The position numbers and the translations under genes were made by a program. A stretch of 64,000 bases of DNA from a virus. Location: positions 43,639 through 107,638 of IMG/VR virus record IMGVR_UViG_3300034685_000168. One strand, given 5' to 3'. The notes under the pieces are model-generated. The model searched no databases, was not told the DNA's origin, and worked only from the letters and a program-made list of their open reading frames with translations. Positions 39,769 through 48,050 of the stretch are shown piece after piece (the first letter of the stretch is position 1; every line of letters starts with the position of its first letter).

Positions 39769-39964
39769 TTTTTTCTCCTTTTTATATCTAAGTTAAAAAG
39801 CCCTAAAAAAGTATAACGTATTAATAACTTTTATAGCTCTATTTTGGCTTAAAAAGACGTCCGTGTATAATGATACACGGTTTGTATTGAACCTGTTTTA
39901 TTTAACAAATTCCATTAATGGAATATATAACTAAAATTTTAATGAAAAAAAATAAGAGGAGTAT

Positions 39965-39998
39965 AGATAAGAGTGTGGATAAAACCACACTCTTATCT
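39965..39998. terminator. Hairpin terminator
   Basis: agataagagtgtgg-ataaaa-ccacactcttatct. Confidence 0.8.
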
Positions 39999-40031
39999 TA
40001 AAACTTAATTGTAATCATGATTAAAATTAAA

Positions 40032-40334
40032 TTATTCCATAATAGATTTATTATATTCGTTAAATAAACCTAATAATTCATCCATCTTTTTAAAAAGTAG
40101 ATTCCGGAGTCTACTTTCTTTGATGAATTTGCAAACACTAACATAATGATGCATTACTATTCTCTTGTCAGACCAATCTATATTACTACCATCATTGATT
40201 AAATTAAATGATTCATTAACTACTTTTTTCAAATCAAATAATTCACATTTAATTTGGTTATGCAATATAAAATTAGTTTCTTCTTCCGCTTCCTTTTCAA
40301 TTTTATTTATTAAATCATTTATTTCTGTTTGCAT
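40032..40334 (-). CDS. Hypothetical protein
   Basis: Likely start ATG 40334 (MQTEIND) behind AAGGA. Confidence 0.65.
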   Translation of the reverse strand: MQTEINDLINKIEKEAEEETNFILHNQIKCELFDLKKVVNESFNLINDGSNIDWSDKRIVMHHYVSVCKFIKESRLRNLLFKKMDELLGLFNEYNKSIME

Positions 40335-40346
40335 TATCAATATTCC

Positions 40347-40382
40347 TTAAACTTTTTTTATTTGAAGTGACAAGATTATCAT
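40347..40382 (-). CDS. Candidate minigene MIILSLQIKKV
   Basis: GAGGAG 4-5 nt upstream of ATG; its stop overlaps the RBS of the next gene. Confidence 0.35.
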   Translation of the reverse strand: MIILSLQIKKV

Positions 40383-40401
40383 TTAACTCCTCTTAATTAA
40401 T

Positions 40402-40419
40402 TTAAATAAATACAAACAT
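40402..40419 (-). CDS. Candidate minigene MFVFI
   Basis: Extended SD AAAGGTAGGTGA 5 nt upstream of ATG. Confidence 0.35.
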   Translation of the reverse strand: MFVFI

Positions 40420-40450
40420 ATTAATCACCTACCTTTCTTTTGTAATATCA

Positions 40451-40472
40451 TAAAAGAAATATATAAATGATT
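40451..40472 (-). promoter_or_regulatory. Early-promoter variant
   Basis: Minus strand ATTTATATATTTCTTTTA; similar variants at 39916-39936 and ~39341-39359. Confidence 0.45.
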
Positions 40473-40499
40473 TTTAATTGAAATATTAATATATACAAC

Positions 40500-40690
40500 A
40501 CTCCGTATAAGAAAGCTATGCGGGGAAGCGGTCAGCTTCCACCCGCATAACCGCTTATACATCTGTGGCCCATTTTCTTGGTGTCCTCTCGGATCTTTAA
40601 TAGCATTACGCTTATTCTCTACATTAGTAGTTTATGTATACCAGGACGGGTACGTTATTACATCTAGTCTAACTTTAGTTGTAACCTTTA
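40500..40690 (-). ncRNA. Candidate structured non-coding RNA of unknown class
   Basis: GC-rich non-coding island; ~23-bp hairpin at 40505-40560 extended by G-U pairs on the minus strand; small hairpins including tcc-GAGA-gga; possible pseudoknot. Confidence 0.55.
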
Positions 40691-40705
40691 ACAAAATTTA
40701 AAATA

Positions 40706-41464
40706 TTATTTATTTTCAAAAATATTTGATAGCTCATCGAGTTTTACTTTTTTATCAGAACTTTGTTCTTTAAGTTGTTCAGTTTTTTCTTTAAGTTCTT
40801 TAATTTTATTTTCTGTCTTTTTAAGCTCTTCTTTTTTTTCAACAAGTAGTTGTTGATGAGATAATTCTTTCTGAGAAGCAGCAAGTTTTTTCTGTAGATC
40901 TAGAAGCTCAATCGTATATTCATTTTGATTTTTTTCGAACATAAGATCTGAAGCATCCAGAGCTGCTGCTTTTTTAGGAAAATGAACACGAATAAAATCT
41001 TCGACTTTCTGTTTAGTTTCTTCATCATCCCTAAGGTGATTTATATCCTGAAGAATGTCCAAATCATGTTTATTTTTCTTTGTTACTTTGTCGTAAATTA
41101 CAAACCAATCAAAAAATTCATTTATAACATAATCCCAAAATTTACCATTGAAGAATCTTCTGGAGTTGAAATTTTCAAGTCTAGAAGCTAGAATATCTCC
41201 AGGATTCATTTCAACTTCCCACACGTTATAAAAAATTTTACTAGTTCTATGTTGTTTCTTCTTTTTATCAAAGTATTTAATTTCTACAGGTTCTTTCGTA
41301 TGAGAAATTACAGTCACAACACCAGGGATATGGCTTCCATCGAATTTGAAGAAGTTCTCAAACTCTTGAGACCAGATAGTGTTAAATCTAGCTCGTCCAC
41401 CAGTAGAAGGTTTGTCAGTAATTTTAATTCTTCTTGGTTCTTCGTTCACAGTTTCATTTTGCAT
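40706..41464 (-). CDS. Orphan protein with a C-terminal coiled coil
   Basis: Likely start ATG 41464 (MQNETV) behind GAAGGA; the track's 41482 start is a TTG. Confidence 0.75.
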   Translation of the reverse strand: MQNETVNEEPRRIKITDKPSTGGRARFNTIWSQEFENFFKFDGSHIPGVVTVISHTKEPVEIKYFDKKKKQHRTSKIFYNVWEVEMNPGDILASRLENFNSRRFFNGKFWDYVINEFFDWFVIYDKVTKKNKHDLDILQDINHLRDDEETKQKVEDFIRVHFPKKAAALDASDLMFEKNQNEYTIELLDLQKKLAASQKELSHQQLLVEKKEELKKTENKIKELKEKTEQLKEQSSDKKVKLDELSNIFENK

Positions 41465-41640
41465 AAGTTTTATTTCCTTCAACGTGTTTAAAAGTTTTAT
41501 ATTTAGAAAATTATAAACTTCTGTTTTTTTTTACGATGAAAGTTATGTTTGATTGTTTTGTAGCAAGTGTGAATCGATGAAGTTGAATTATTTCTTATAT
41601 CATGATAACCTTTTTTGTTTTCGCTAAAACCAAGCATTTT

Positions 41641-41800
41641 TTAAAAGCTTCTTGATTTCTCTAAACTTTTTTCTTAACTTCTTGATTTACAATAAAATTC
41701 TTATTAACTTCTTGTTTTCTAAGGCTTTTCTATTCTTCTTCTTGATTTACAACACTTTTCTCTCTAATCTCTTGATTTACAACTAAAAATTCTCTAACCT
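41641..41800. repeat. Five degenerate 30-bp tandem units with core CTTCTTGATTTAC (iteron-like)
   Basis: cttgattt/cttgtttt recurs at 41651, 41681, 41711, 41741 and 41771, an exact 30-bp period. Confidence 0.85.
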
Positions 41801-41849
41801 AGACTTTTAGGGTTAAAAGAAAAAAGTAACATAAAAAAGAAAAGACTAA

Positions 41850-42160
41850 ATGTATATATAATACTTCGTATTATATATATCTAATTATATAAAGGTAATC
41901 AAAAATTTATTATATATAATAATATTAATAATATATATTATTTATATAATTATATAAATAACAAGTATATAATACTACGTATTATATATTATTAATTATA
42001 TAATATTTAAACAATACATATTATTATATTATAATATATATAATAAATTAAGATAAGGTATAAAAGAAAAAAAGAAAAGAAAAAAAGAAAAAAAGAAAAT
42101 TTTGAGAAAAAGAGATTTTTGTAAGATTGCTTTTTTTTCCTTTTTCGTTTTTTTTTAGAA
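41850..42160. other. Near-pure AT palindromic region with A-tract and T-tract (candidate origin unwinding element or divergent promoters)
   Basis: Inverted repeats at 41853-41879, 41938-41961 and 41966-41988; A-tract 42062-42099; T-tract 42131-42156. Confidence 0.5.
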
Positions 42161-42249
42161 AATTAAGATTAAATTTTTTAGATAACTGTAAATAAAATTT
42201 TAGATTAGATCATAAAAAAATACATACAGTTATCATGTTATAAAAAACT

Positions 42250-42585
42250 TTAAGAAGAAATTGAATTGAATTTTGAGTTGTTTATTTCTTCTGAATTTAG
42301 ACTTAGTGAGTAGTTATATTCGTTTCTTGCAAAAATAGTTTGAATTATTTTATATTTTCTTGTTAACAAGAGTTTATCTTCAACATAAACTTCATACGAA
42401 GTACTTTGATTTTTATTAATCTTGAAATTAACTAGAATTTTTTTATTAATATCATCAATGAATTTTATTTTACCTGTAATTTTGAAATTTTGTATTAATT
42501 CTATAACTCTATCAAGATCTTCATCGAAGAATTTTAGAATAGCTGAAGCTATGATATCTTGTTCTGATAAATTTATACAATTCAT
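42250..42585 (-). CDS. Hypothetical protein
   Basis: 111 aa; AGGAG RBS. Confidence 0.65.
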   Translation of the reverse strand: MNCINLSEQDIIASAILKFFDEDLDRVIELIQNFKITGKIKFIDDINKKILVNFKINKNQSTSYEVYVEDKLLLTRKYKIIQTIFARNEYNYSLSLNSEEINNSKFNSISS

Positions 42586-42696
42586 GATTTTATATTCTCC
42601 TAGTAAATAAATTATAATTTAATTTTGGGTTATAAAATTATAAGTTTATTATTTTATAAAAACTAAAAATAACTCAAACTTAGGAAATTAAACAAA

Positions 42697-44022
42697 ATGA
42701 ATTTACAAAATTTGCTAAAAGAATATAAACAACTTGAAGTTAAGGATTTTGAAAATCCAGAAAAAATGGAAATTGAATTTTATAAGCTTTGTTCAGAATT
42801 TGATAATTTAGTTTATACTCATGATATAATAAACAATACTTTGAAAATTAAGAATTTTGATACAAGTGTTTTAGATTTTGTTGAAAATATCGGAGCTAAA
42901 GCAATCTTTGGAGAAGATGAATTTAAAAAAGTTTATTATTTTATACAAACACAAAATAACCTTGATTCTGAAGAATACAAAATAATTTACAATGGATTTT
43001 TTGAAAAAGGCTTAGAAGCAATAAAGAAAGCTATTTATTTTCTTCTGGATGTTATAAAAAAAATATTAGGATTTATTTTATCTGCTCTTGCTATATATCC
43101 TGCAATGCTTTATTTTTTACTTGTAGGAACAAAAGATAAATTTAAAAAAGCTATAGTGAAGAATGAAAAAGCTAAAAAAGAATATGTTAAGAAACAACAA
43201 GTTAAAGAAAATATATCAGATTATCAACAAGAAGAAAAAATAAAAGATGATTTTTTTAGTTTTCTTCAGGATAAAATATCCAATAAAAAACTTAATTTTT
43301 TAGTTTTAGAAGTTAATGATTTAGGAGAAAAAAATCTTAGTGATATTATTTACAATCACTTAACTCCTATGAAACAAATTTTATCTTCTCAGAAGAATAT
43401 GTTAGAGGAGTTTATTAACTATCCAGAAAAACATGATTATCAAAAAATCTTTAAAGAAATAAACGAAAGATTTTATTCTGAATTTAGTCCTGAATATTAT
43501 AAAGCTCTTTGTATAGAATTCGAAGAAGGAACTTTTAATGCCATAGGAAATACAGAAAAATTAAGAGATAAATATTATAAACAAAAATCTTGTTCTATGC
43601 TAGAGTTTTTTAATTACGATAGTGATGTTACAGGTGTTCTTAAGACTATAACTAAAGAAATATTTATTACACCTAATAAACTAGAAGAAAAAATTATTGA
43701 ATTAGATAGAAGATATTATGAGAATTTAGGTATTACCAGAATGAGAGGAATTTTAGAAAAAGATTCTAAAGAAATCAAGAGATTATATGACGAATTAGAA
43801 AAACTAGCTAAAAATAAAAATGTTTTAGAAAACTTAGATGCTGGTAATTTTCTTATTAATATTCTTGAAAATAAAAAACAATTTGATAGATTAATTTTTA
43901 CTATTACAACTCAATTAAAAGCATTTGATGAATTTAGTAAAAGATATCTTGAAGTATTTATTGAAAATATTATTTTCGTTCTAGATGAATTATCTGATTA
44001 TTATATGAAAAAAGCAAGTTAA
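42697..44022 (+). CDS. Internal head (inner-body-like) protein paralogue
   Basis: GFFEKGLEAIKKAIYFLLDVIKKIL helix and SMLEFFNY motif; family resemblance to 37914, 61838 and 62957. Confidence 0.55.
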   Translation: MNLQNLLKEYKQLEVKDFENPEKMEIEFYKLCSEFDNLVYTHDIINNTLKIKNFDTSVLDFVENIGAKAIFGEDEFKKVYYFIQTQNNLDSEEYKIIYNGFFEKGLEAIKKAIYFLLDVIKKILGFILSALAIYPAMLYFLLVGTKDKFKKAIVKNEKAKKEYVKKQQVKENISDYQQEEKIKDDFFSFLQDKISNKKLNFLVLEVNDLGEKNLSDIIYNHLTPMKQILSSQKNMLEEFINYPEKHDYQKIFKEINERFYSEFSPEYYKALCIEFEEGTFNAIGNTEKLRDKYYKQKSCSMLEFFNYDSDVTGVLKTITKEIFITPNKLEEKIIELDRRYYENLGITRMRGILEKDSKEIKRLYDELEKLAKNKNVLENLDAGNFLINILENKKQFDRLIFTITTQLKAFDEFSKRYLEVFIENIIFVLDELSDYYMKKAS

Positions 44023-44059
44023 ATTATATTTTTTTATACAAACTACTTATTATATAAAA

Positions 44060-44274
44060 GTAATTATTGTTAGTATTAATATATGGGATATAGAAGAAAA
44101 CCTCTTTTAAGTAAAAACATTTATATTATTCTGTATATTAATATTCTTTTAACATTATTATAAATTTGCCTCGGTTTATAGTAATGTCATAAGAAATCCT
44201 CTTTCTTTTTTTGGTTGATATAACCTGTTTTGCTCTTAGTGTATATCCCTAGTTAAACTAGGGATATACACTAA
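44060..44274 (+). ncRNA. Candidate small RNA with CCUC loops, ending in a hairpin
   Basis: Long stems with plus-strand G-U pairs; three loops containing CCUC; terminal hairpin at 44236-44274. Confidence 0.45.
44236..44274. terminator. Hairpin terminator
   Basis: ttagtgtatatccctagt-taa-actagggatatacactaa. Confidence 0.8.
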
Positions 44275-44353
44275 AGTAATCTATTATAAAAAATTATACA
44301 AAATTGTTATTATATATAAAAATTTATAATAATTAACAAAAAGGTATTAAAAT

Positions 44354-44788
44354 ATGATATATAATTTAACAGCATATACCGATGGATCTTATTTTAGGAA
44401 CAATGGTGGTAATGCGTCTATAGTCCTTCATGGTTCTAATTTTTTATTAATATTAGAAAGAGAAACTAGTTCATACGTTACTAATAATCGTATGGAATTA
44501 AAAGCAGTAATAAATATATTAAAACATCTTAATAGTCAATGTAATATAACTATTTATTGTGATAGTAAATATGTTGTGGATAGTATAGACCAAGGATGGG
44601 TTAATAATTGGGTTAATAATAATTGGCGTAATAGTGGTGGAGATGTAAAGAATAGAGATTTATGGGAAGAATACTTAATGTATTCTCAATATCATAATGT
44701 TAAAATGATATGGGTTAGAGGACATGATGGGAATATAGATAATGAGTTTGTAGATGAGATGGCTAATTATGCAAGAAAATATTTATAA
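44354..44788 (+). CDS. rnhA: Ribonuclease HI
   Basis: YTDGS, TNNRMELKAVI, CDSKYV, VKNRDLW, WVRGHDG..NE.VD. Confidence 0.97.
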   Translation: MIYNLTAYTDGSYFRNNGGNASIVLHGSNFLLILERETSSYVTNNRMELKAVINILKHLNSQCNITIYCDSKYVVDSIDQGWVNNWVNNNWRNSGGDVKNRDLWEEYLMYSQYHNVKMIWVRGHDGNIDNEFVDEMANYARKYL

Positions 44789-44792
44789 AAAG

Positions 44793-44955
44793 ACAGTTAT
44801 TATATAAGACTCTTCTTTTCTGTCATAACTGTTATTATAGGAAATGTATTATAAGTAAAATATTTATGATATGTTTCCTATATAAAAAACCAATCGATCC
44901 TTTCTTTTCTTCTGGTTAATGTATAATACTCTACCATTATGGTAGAGTATTATAC
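44793..44955 (+). ncRNA. Candidate structured RNA or 3' UTR with CU-rich loops
   Basis: 22-bp stem at 44836-44882 with plus-strand G-U pairs; aacca/tggtt closes a CU-rich loop; layout parallels 44047-44274. Confidence 0.4.
44921..44955. terminator. Bidirectional hairpin terminator
   Basis: gtataatactctacca-tta-tggtagagtattatac. Confidence 0.8.
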
Positions 44956-44958
44956 TAA

Positions 44959-47133
44959 CTAGTTAATATATTGATCCATTAATAGAGTTACTTTTTTCTT
45001 ATTTTTATTTTTATCCATAGTTGCTTCTATTTTCAATGATTCTAGAATCATATAGATAGTTGACATATTCTCATAAATAATTTGCCTTCTATCCACTAAT
45101 GGTTTAATAATATCTGGAATAATATCATATTGTAAACTTAATGCTAACTTAGAAGGGAATATTTTATATTTAGCTTTTCTGGTTTTAGGTTGTTTATTAG
45201 GATGAACTTGATTCCATAGATCATCTATATACTTTTCTAATTTCTTAAAGAATTTATTATGATTTTCTGCTAACCAATTAAGATATCCTTCGTCTATATC
45301 ATTAAGTGGTATAACTTTAGTTTTAGTTGGTATATTGAGTTCTCCAAATTTATCAGCGAATAATGAATTCCATAAATCTGAATATAACCAATTAGAACTT
45401 AAATGATTTTTATAATCTTCTTCATTCTTAATAGAAACTGATTTAATGTAATCTGTTGTACCTTCATCTATAGATTTATTAATATCTAATTCTCTTTCTA
45501 AAGCTATATTAATAAATTCTCTAGCACTAATTGTTCCTTCTGCAACATCAGTCATTATTTTCTTTAAGAAATAATCTATAAAATCAGATGTTTTATCTGG
45601 AAACACAGATGATCTTAATTGTATCCCTTTAATATCATATTTATTTTTTAATAATACCATTCCTTCTACCATTGTTATTAATGAAGCATAATGTTTTTTA
45701 ACATTAAATCCTATATATAGAGGCATAAGAAACTCATTCTTCATTACCATCCTATGAGATTCTTTTTCACTACTCCCATGTGCGATACTATATTTATAAA
45801 GAGTTTTAAACATAGTTTTAGCAACTAAGAAAATAACTAATGAAGATATTTCATATAAACCTTGTGTAATTTTAACTTCTTCTCCAGTATAAAGTGTAAC
45901 CCAATTATGACATGAATAAATACAACTATCAGTATCGGAACCAGGAACTGTATTACGTCTCATTAAATGTTTAGTATTTATATTATCTATTTGTGTTTTA
46001 GTATCTATTAGAATATTGTAAATAGACATTAGTTCATTGAGTTTATTTTCTACATGGTTATAAATGTGAATTATTTCTTTATATAATTCTGTATTAACAG
46101 TTGAAAGTTCTATAATAGAATAAACTCTATCTTTATTAGTTTTAGGATCTTTTAAAATTAATTTATCACCTATATTGATACTAACTAATATTAATATATC
46201 TTCATCGAATGAGTTATGAAATTCAGTAAAATTGTGTGGTATAGATGAAGTATCTATATTTTTAAAGTCAAATAGATCTTTTAAAAAAGGTAAAAAGAAG
46301 TGTGTATTTTTCCAGAATAAATAATAAAGATTATTAACATAATAAATATATATAAGTTCTTCTTTACTCATATTATTTATTATAGATGTTGATTTAGTTA
46401 GTTTATCGAAAAAAGAATAATTACGAACTTGTTTAGTAAAGTGTTCTATTACATCTTCTTTAGTTGGTAATTTAAAATTGTATTTATTAATTATTTCTAA
46501 TACTTCATTATGTTTATCAAATTGTTTTAAATGAGTTATAATGTAATTTACAACATCATTATCACAAGTTAAATGAAAATTACCACCTATAGTATTTTCT
46601 ATACAAGTAGTTGCATTTTTAATAAGTGATCTTGCTAAAGAAGTAATAGCATTATAATTACCTTTATCATATTGTGCATTATAAGGACTATTATATGATC
46701 CAGGTAATGTATTAACTCGTATTTTTTTATTACCTTGTGCAAAGTTTTTTAAATTAGCTAAATCTTCTTTGCCTTGTGCTCTAAGTTTAAATCCTTCTTT
46801 TTTAATTTGACTTCTTTCTTTTAATCTAACTATAATGTAATCTGATAGTAATGATTTTTCTTCTTCTTCTGGAATATATACACTACCACTAGGAGTAATA
46901 ATATTTTTTTTATTAGCATTTATCCAATTCATTAGAGATTGATTTTTAACTACTACTTCACCTTTTTCAGTAATAATATTACCTATAGTTAAATCTTTAA
47001 AATTGTCTTGTATATATCCTTTTAGTATTTCTCTTACTTGTTCTTCTTTTCCAATATATTTACCAGTACGAAGTAGAGCATCATATTGATTCTCAAAATA
47101 ACATACTAATAAATCTAAACGTTCTCTGCTCAT
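44959..47133 (-). CDS. Divergent family-B DNA polymerase (phiKZ gp50-like)
   Basis: KIRVNTLPGS (motif B), SDTDS (motif C), MKNEF, KKHY, IKGIQLRSS. Likely start ATG 47133 (track: 47187). Confidence 0.85.
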   Translation of the reverse strand: MSRERLDLLVCYFENQYDALLRTGKYIGKEEQVREILKGYIQDNFKDLTIGNIITEKGEVVVKNQSLMNWINANKKNIITPSGSVYIPEEEEKSLLSDYIIVRLKERSQIKKEGFKLRAQGKEDLANLKNFAQGNKKIRVNTLPGSYNSPYNAQYDKGNYNAITSLARSLIKNATTCIENTIGGNFHLTCDNDVVNYIITHLKQFDKHNEVLEIINKYNFKLPTKEDVIEHFTKQVRNYSFFDKLTKSTSIINNMSKEELIYIYYVNNLYYLFWKNTHFFLPFLKDLFDFKNIDTSSIPHNFTEFHNSFDEDILILVSINIGDKLILKDPKTNKDRVYSIIELSTVNTELYKEIIHIYNHVENKLNELMSIYNILIDTKTQIDNINTKHLMRRNTVPGSDTDSCIYSCHNWVTLYTGEEVKITQGLYEISSLVIFLVAKTMFKTLYKYSIAHGSSEKESHRMVMKNEFLMPLYIGFNVKKHYASLITMVEGMVLLKNKYDIKGIQLRSSVFPDKTSDFIDYFLKKIMTDVAEGTISAREFINIALERELDINKSIDEGTTDYIKSVSIKNEEDYKNHLSSNWLYSDLWNSLFADKFGELNIPTKTKVIPLNDIDEGYLNWLAENHNKFFKKLEKYIDDLWNQVHPNKQPKTRKAKYKIFPSKLALSLQYDIIPDIIKPLVDRRQIIYENMSTIYMILESLKIEATMDKNKNKKKVTLLMDQYIN

Positions 47134-47238
47134 TTTATAAACCCTTTCATTATTGTTCTTTCTTTTTTTATGGTTATTAATAATCATATATAATTAAAAG
47201 AACATATAAAAAATTAACATTAAGGAGATAAAAAGAAA

Positions 47239-47739
47239 ATGAGTGGAATTATAACTAGGTTACAGAAACATAATATCGAATCGTTTAAAGATGATTTTGA
47301 TAAACTTACTGATAATGACAAAACAGTTATTAATACGGTATCACAAGTTTCTATTCTTTCACAGACTATTAAGAATAAACTTAAAGATAATGATATTGAA
47401 ACTACAGAAAGATTTATAAAAGATATTGTTAAACGTAACAAAGAAGTTGGTAATCTAAATTTTGGTGTTGATAAGAAAATAGATGAATATATTGAAGATA
47501 TTAAAGTTAAAGAATCTTCTAATAAAAAGAATATAGAAGAAGATTTACTAGATATGATTTTTAATACTGATATATTTGATGTATTGAGTTGCTTGGACAA
47601 TGAAGTTGATAAAAATAAAATTATGAAAATAAAAGAATTACAGAATGAAATTACAAGTATCAAAAATGAATTTATTAATAAATATGGTGATCAACTTAAA
47701 TATGCTATGAAAAATAATAGTAAAGTAATTATGGTATAA
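47239..47739 (+). CDS. Hypothetical protein
   Basis: 166 aa; AAGGAG RBS. Confidence 0.7.
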   Translation: MSGIITRLQKHNIESFKDDFDKLTDNDKTVINTVSQVSILSQTIKNKLKDNDIETTERFIKDIVKRNKEVGNLNFGVDKKIDEYIEDIKVKESSNKKNIEEDLLDMIFNTDIFDVLSCLDNEVDKNKIMKIKELQNEITSIKNEFINKYGDQLKYAMKNNSKVIMV

Positions 47740-47771
47740 ATATTTTTTTAAGGTAAGAGGATATTTTTTAA

Positions 47772-47990
47772 ATGAAAAAAAATAAAATGGCCAAAAAGCG
47801 ATTAAGAGAAAAACAAATTAAAAAACAACAAAATATTAAAAAAAACAACACTAGTAAAAGAGAATCAAATATTAATAAACTTTTATCACAAATAAATAGT
47901 CTAAAACAAGTAATGAGTTCTGTTAAAGACACTAAAGATAATATATCTAATTTAATGGAATCACCTGAAGAAATTATTAGTACAGAATAA
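47772..47990 (+). CDS. Small basic hypothetical protein
   Basis: 72 aa; GAGGA RBS; K/R-rich N-terminus. Confidence 0.55.
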   Translation: MKKNKMAKKRLREKQIKKQQNIKKNNTSKRESNINKLLSQINSLKQVMSSVKDTKDNISNLMESPEEIISTE

Positions 47991-48050
47991 AAAAGTTTAT
48001 TATAGTATTTTTTCTTTTGCTTTTTAATAAAAAAAGGAATTTATTCAATT

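Noticed and set aside
40505-40560. Group II intron domain V, tRNA or retron msd
   Set aside because: AGC-to-bulge spacing and the loop do not fit domain V; there is no T-loop or anticodon arm; no reverse transcriptase is in the window.
41641-41800. CRISPR or TIGR-type guide array
   Set aside because: Units are only 30 bp, the variable parts resemble each other rather than being unique spacers, and no Cas or Nop-domain protein is recognisable nearby.
41853-41879. loxP-like recombination site
   Set aside because: Only a superficial ACTTCGTAT resemblance; no 13-8-13 architecture and no recombinase in the window.
44176-44190. Minus-strand minigene MTLL behind GAGGA, or a CsrA-sponge reading of this region
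   Set aside because: G-U pairs favour a plus-strand RNA and only one loop would carry GGA; kept only as a weaker alternative.
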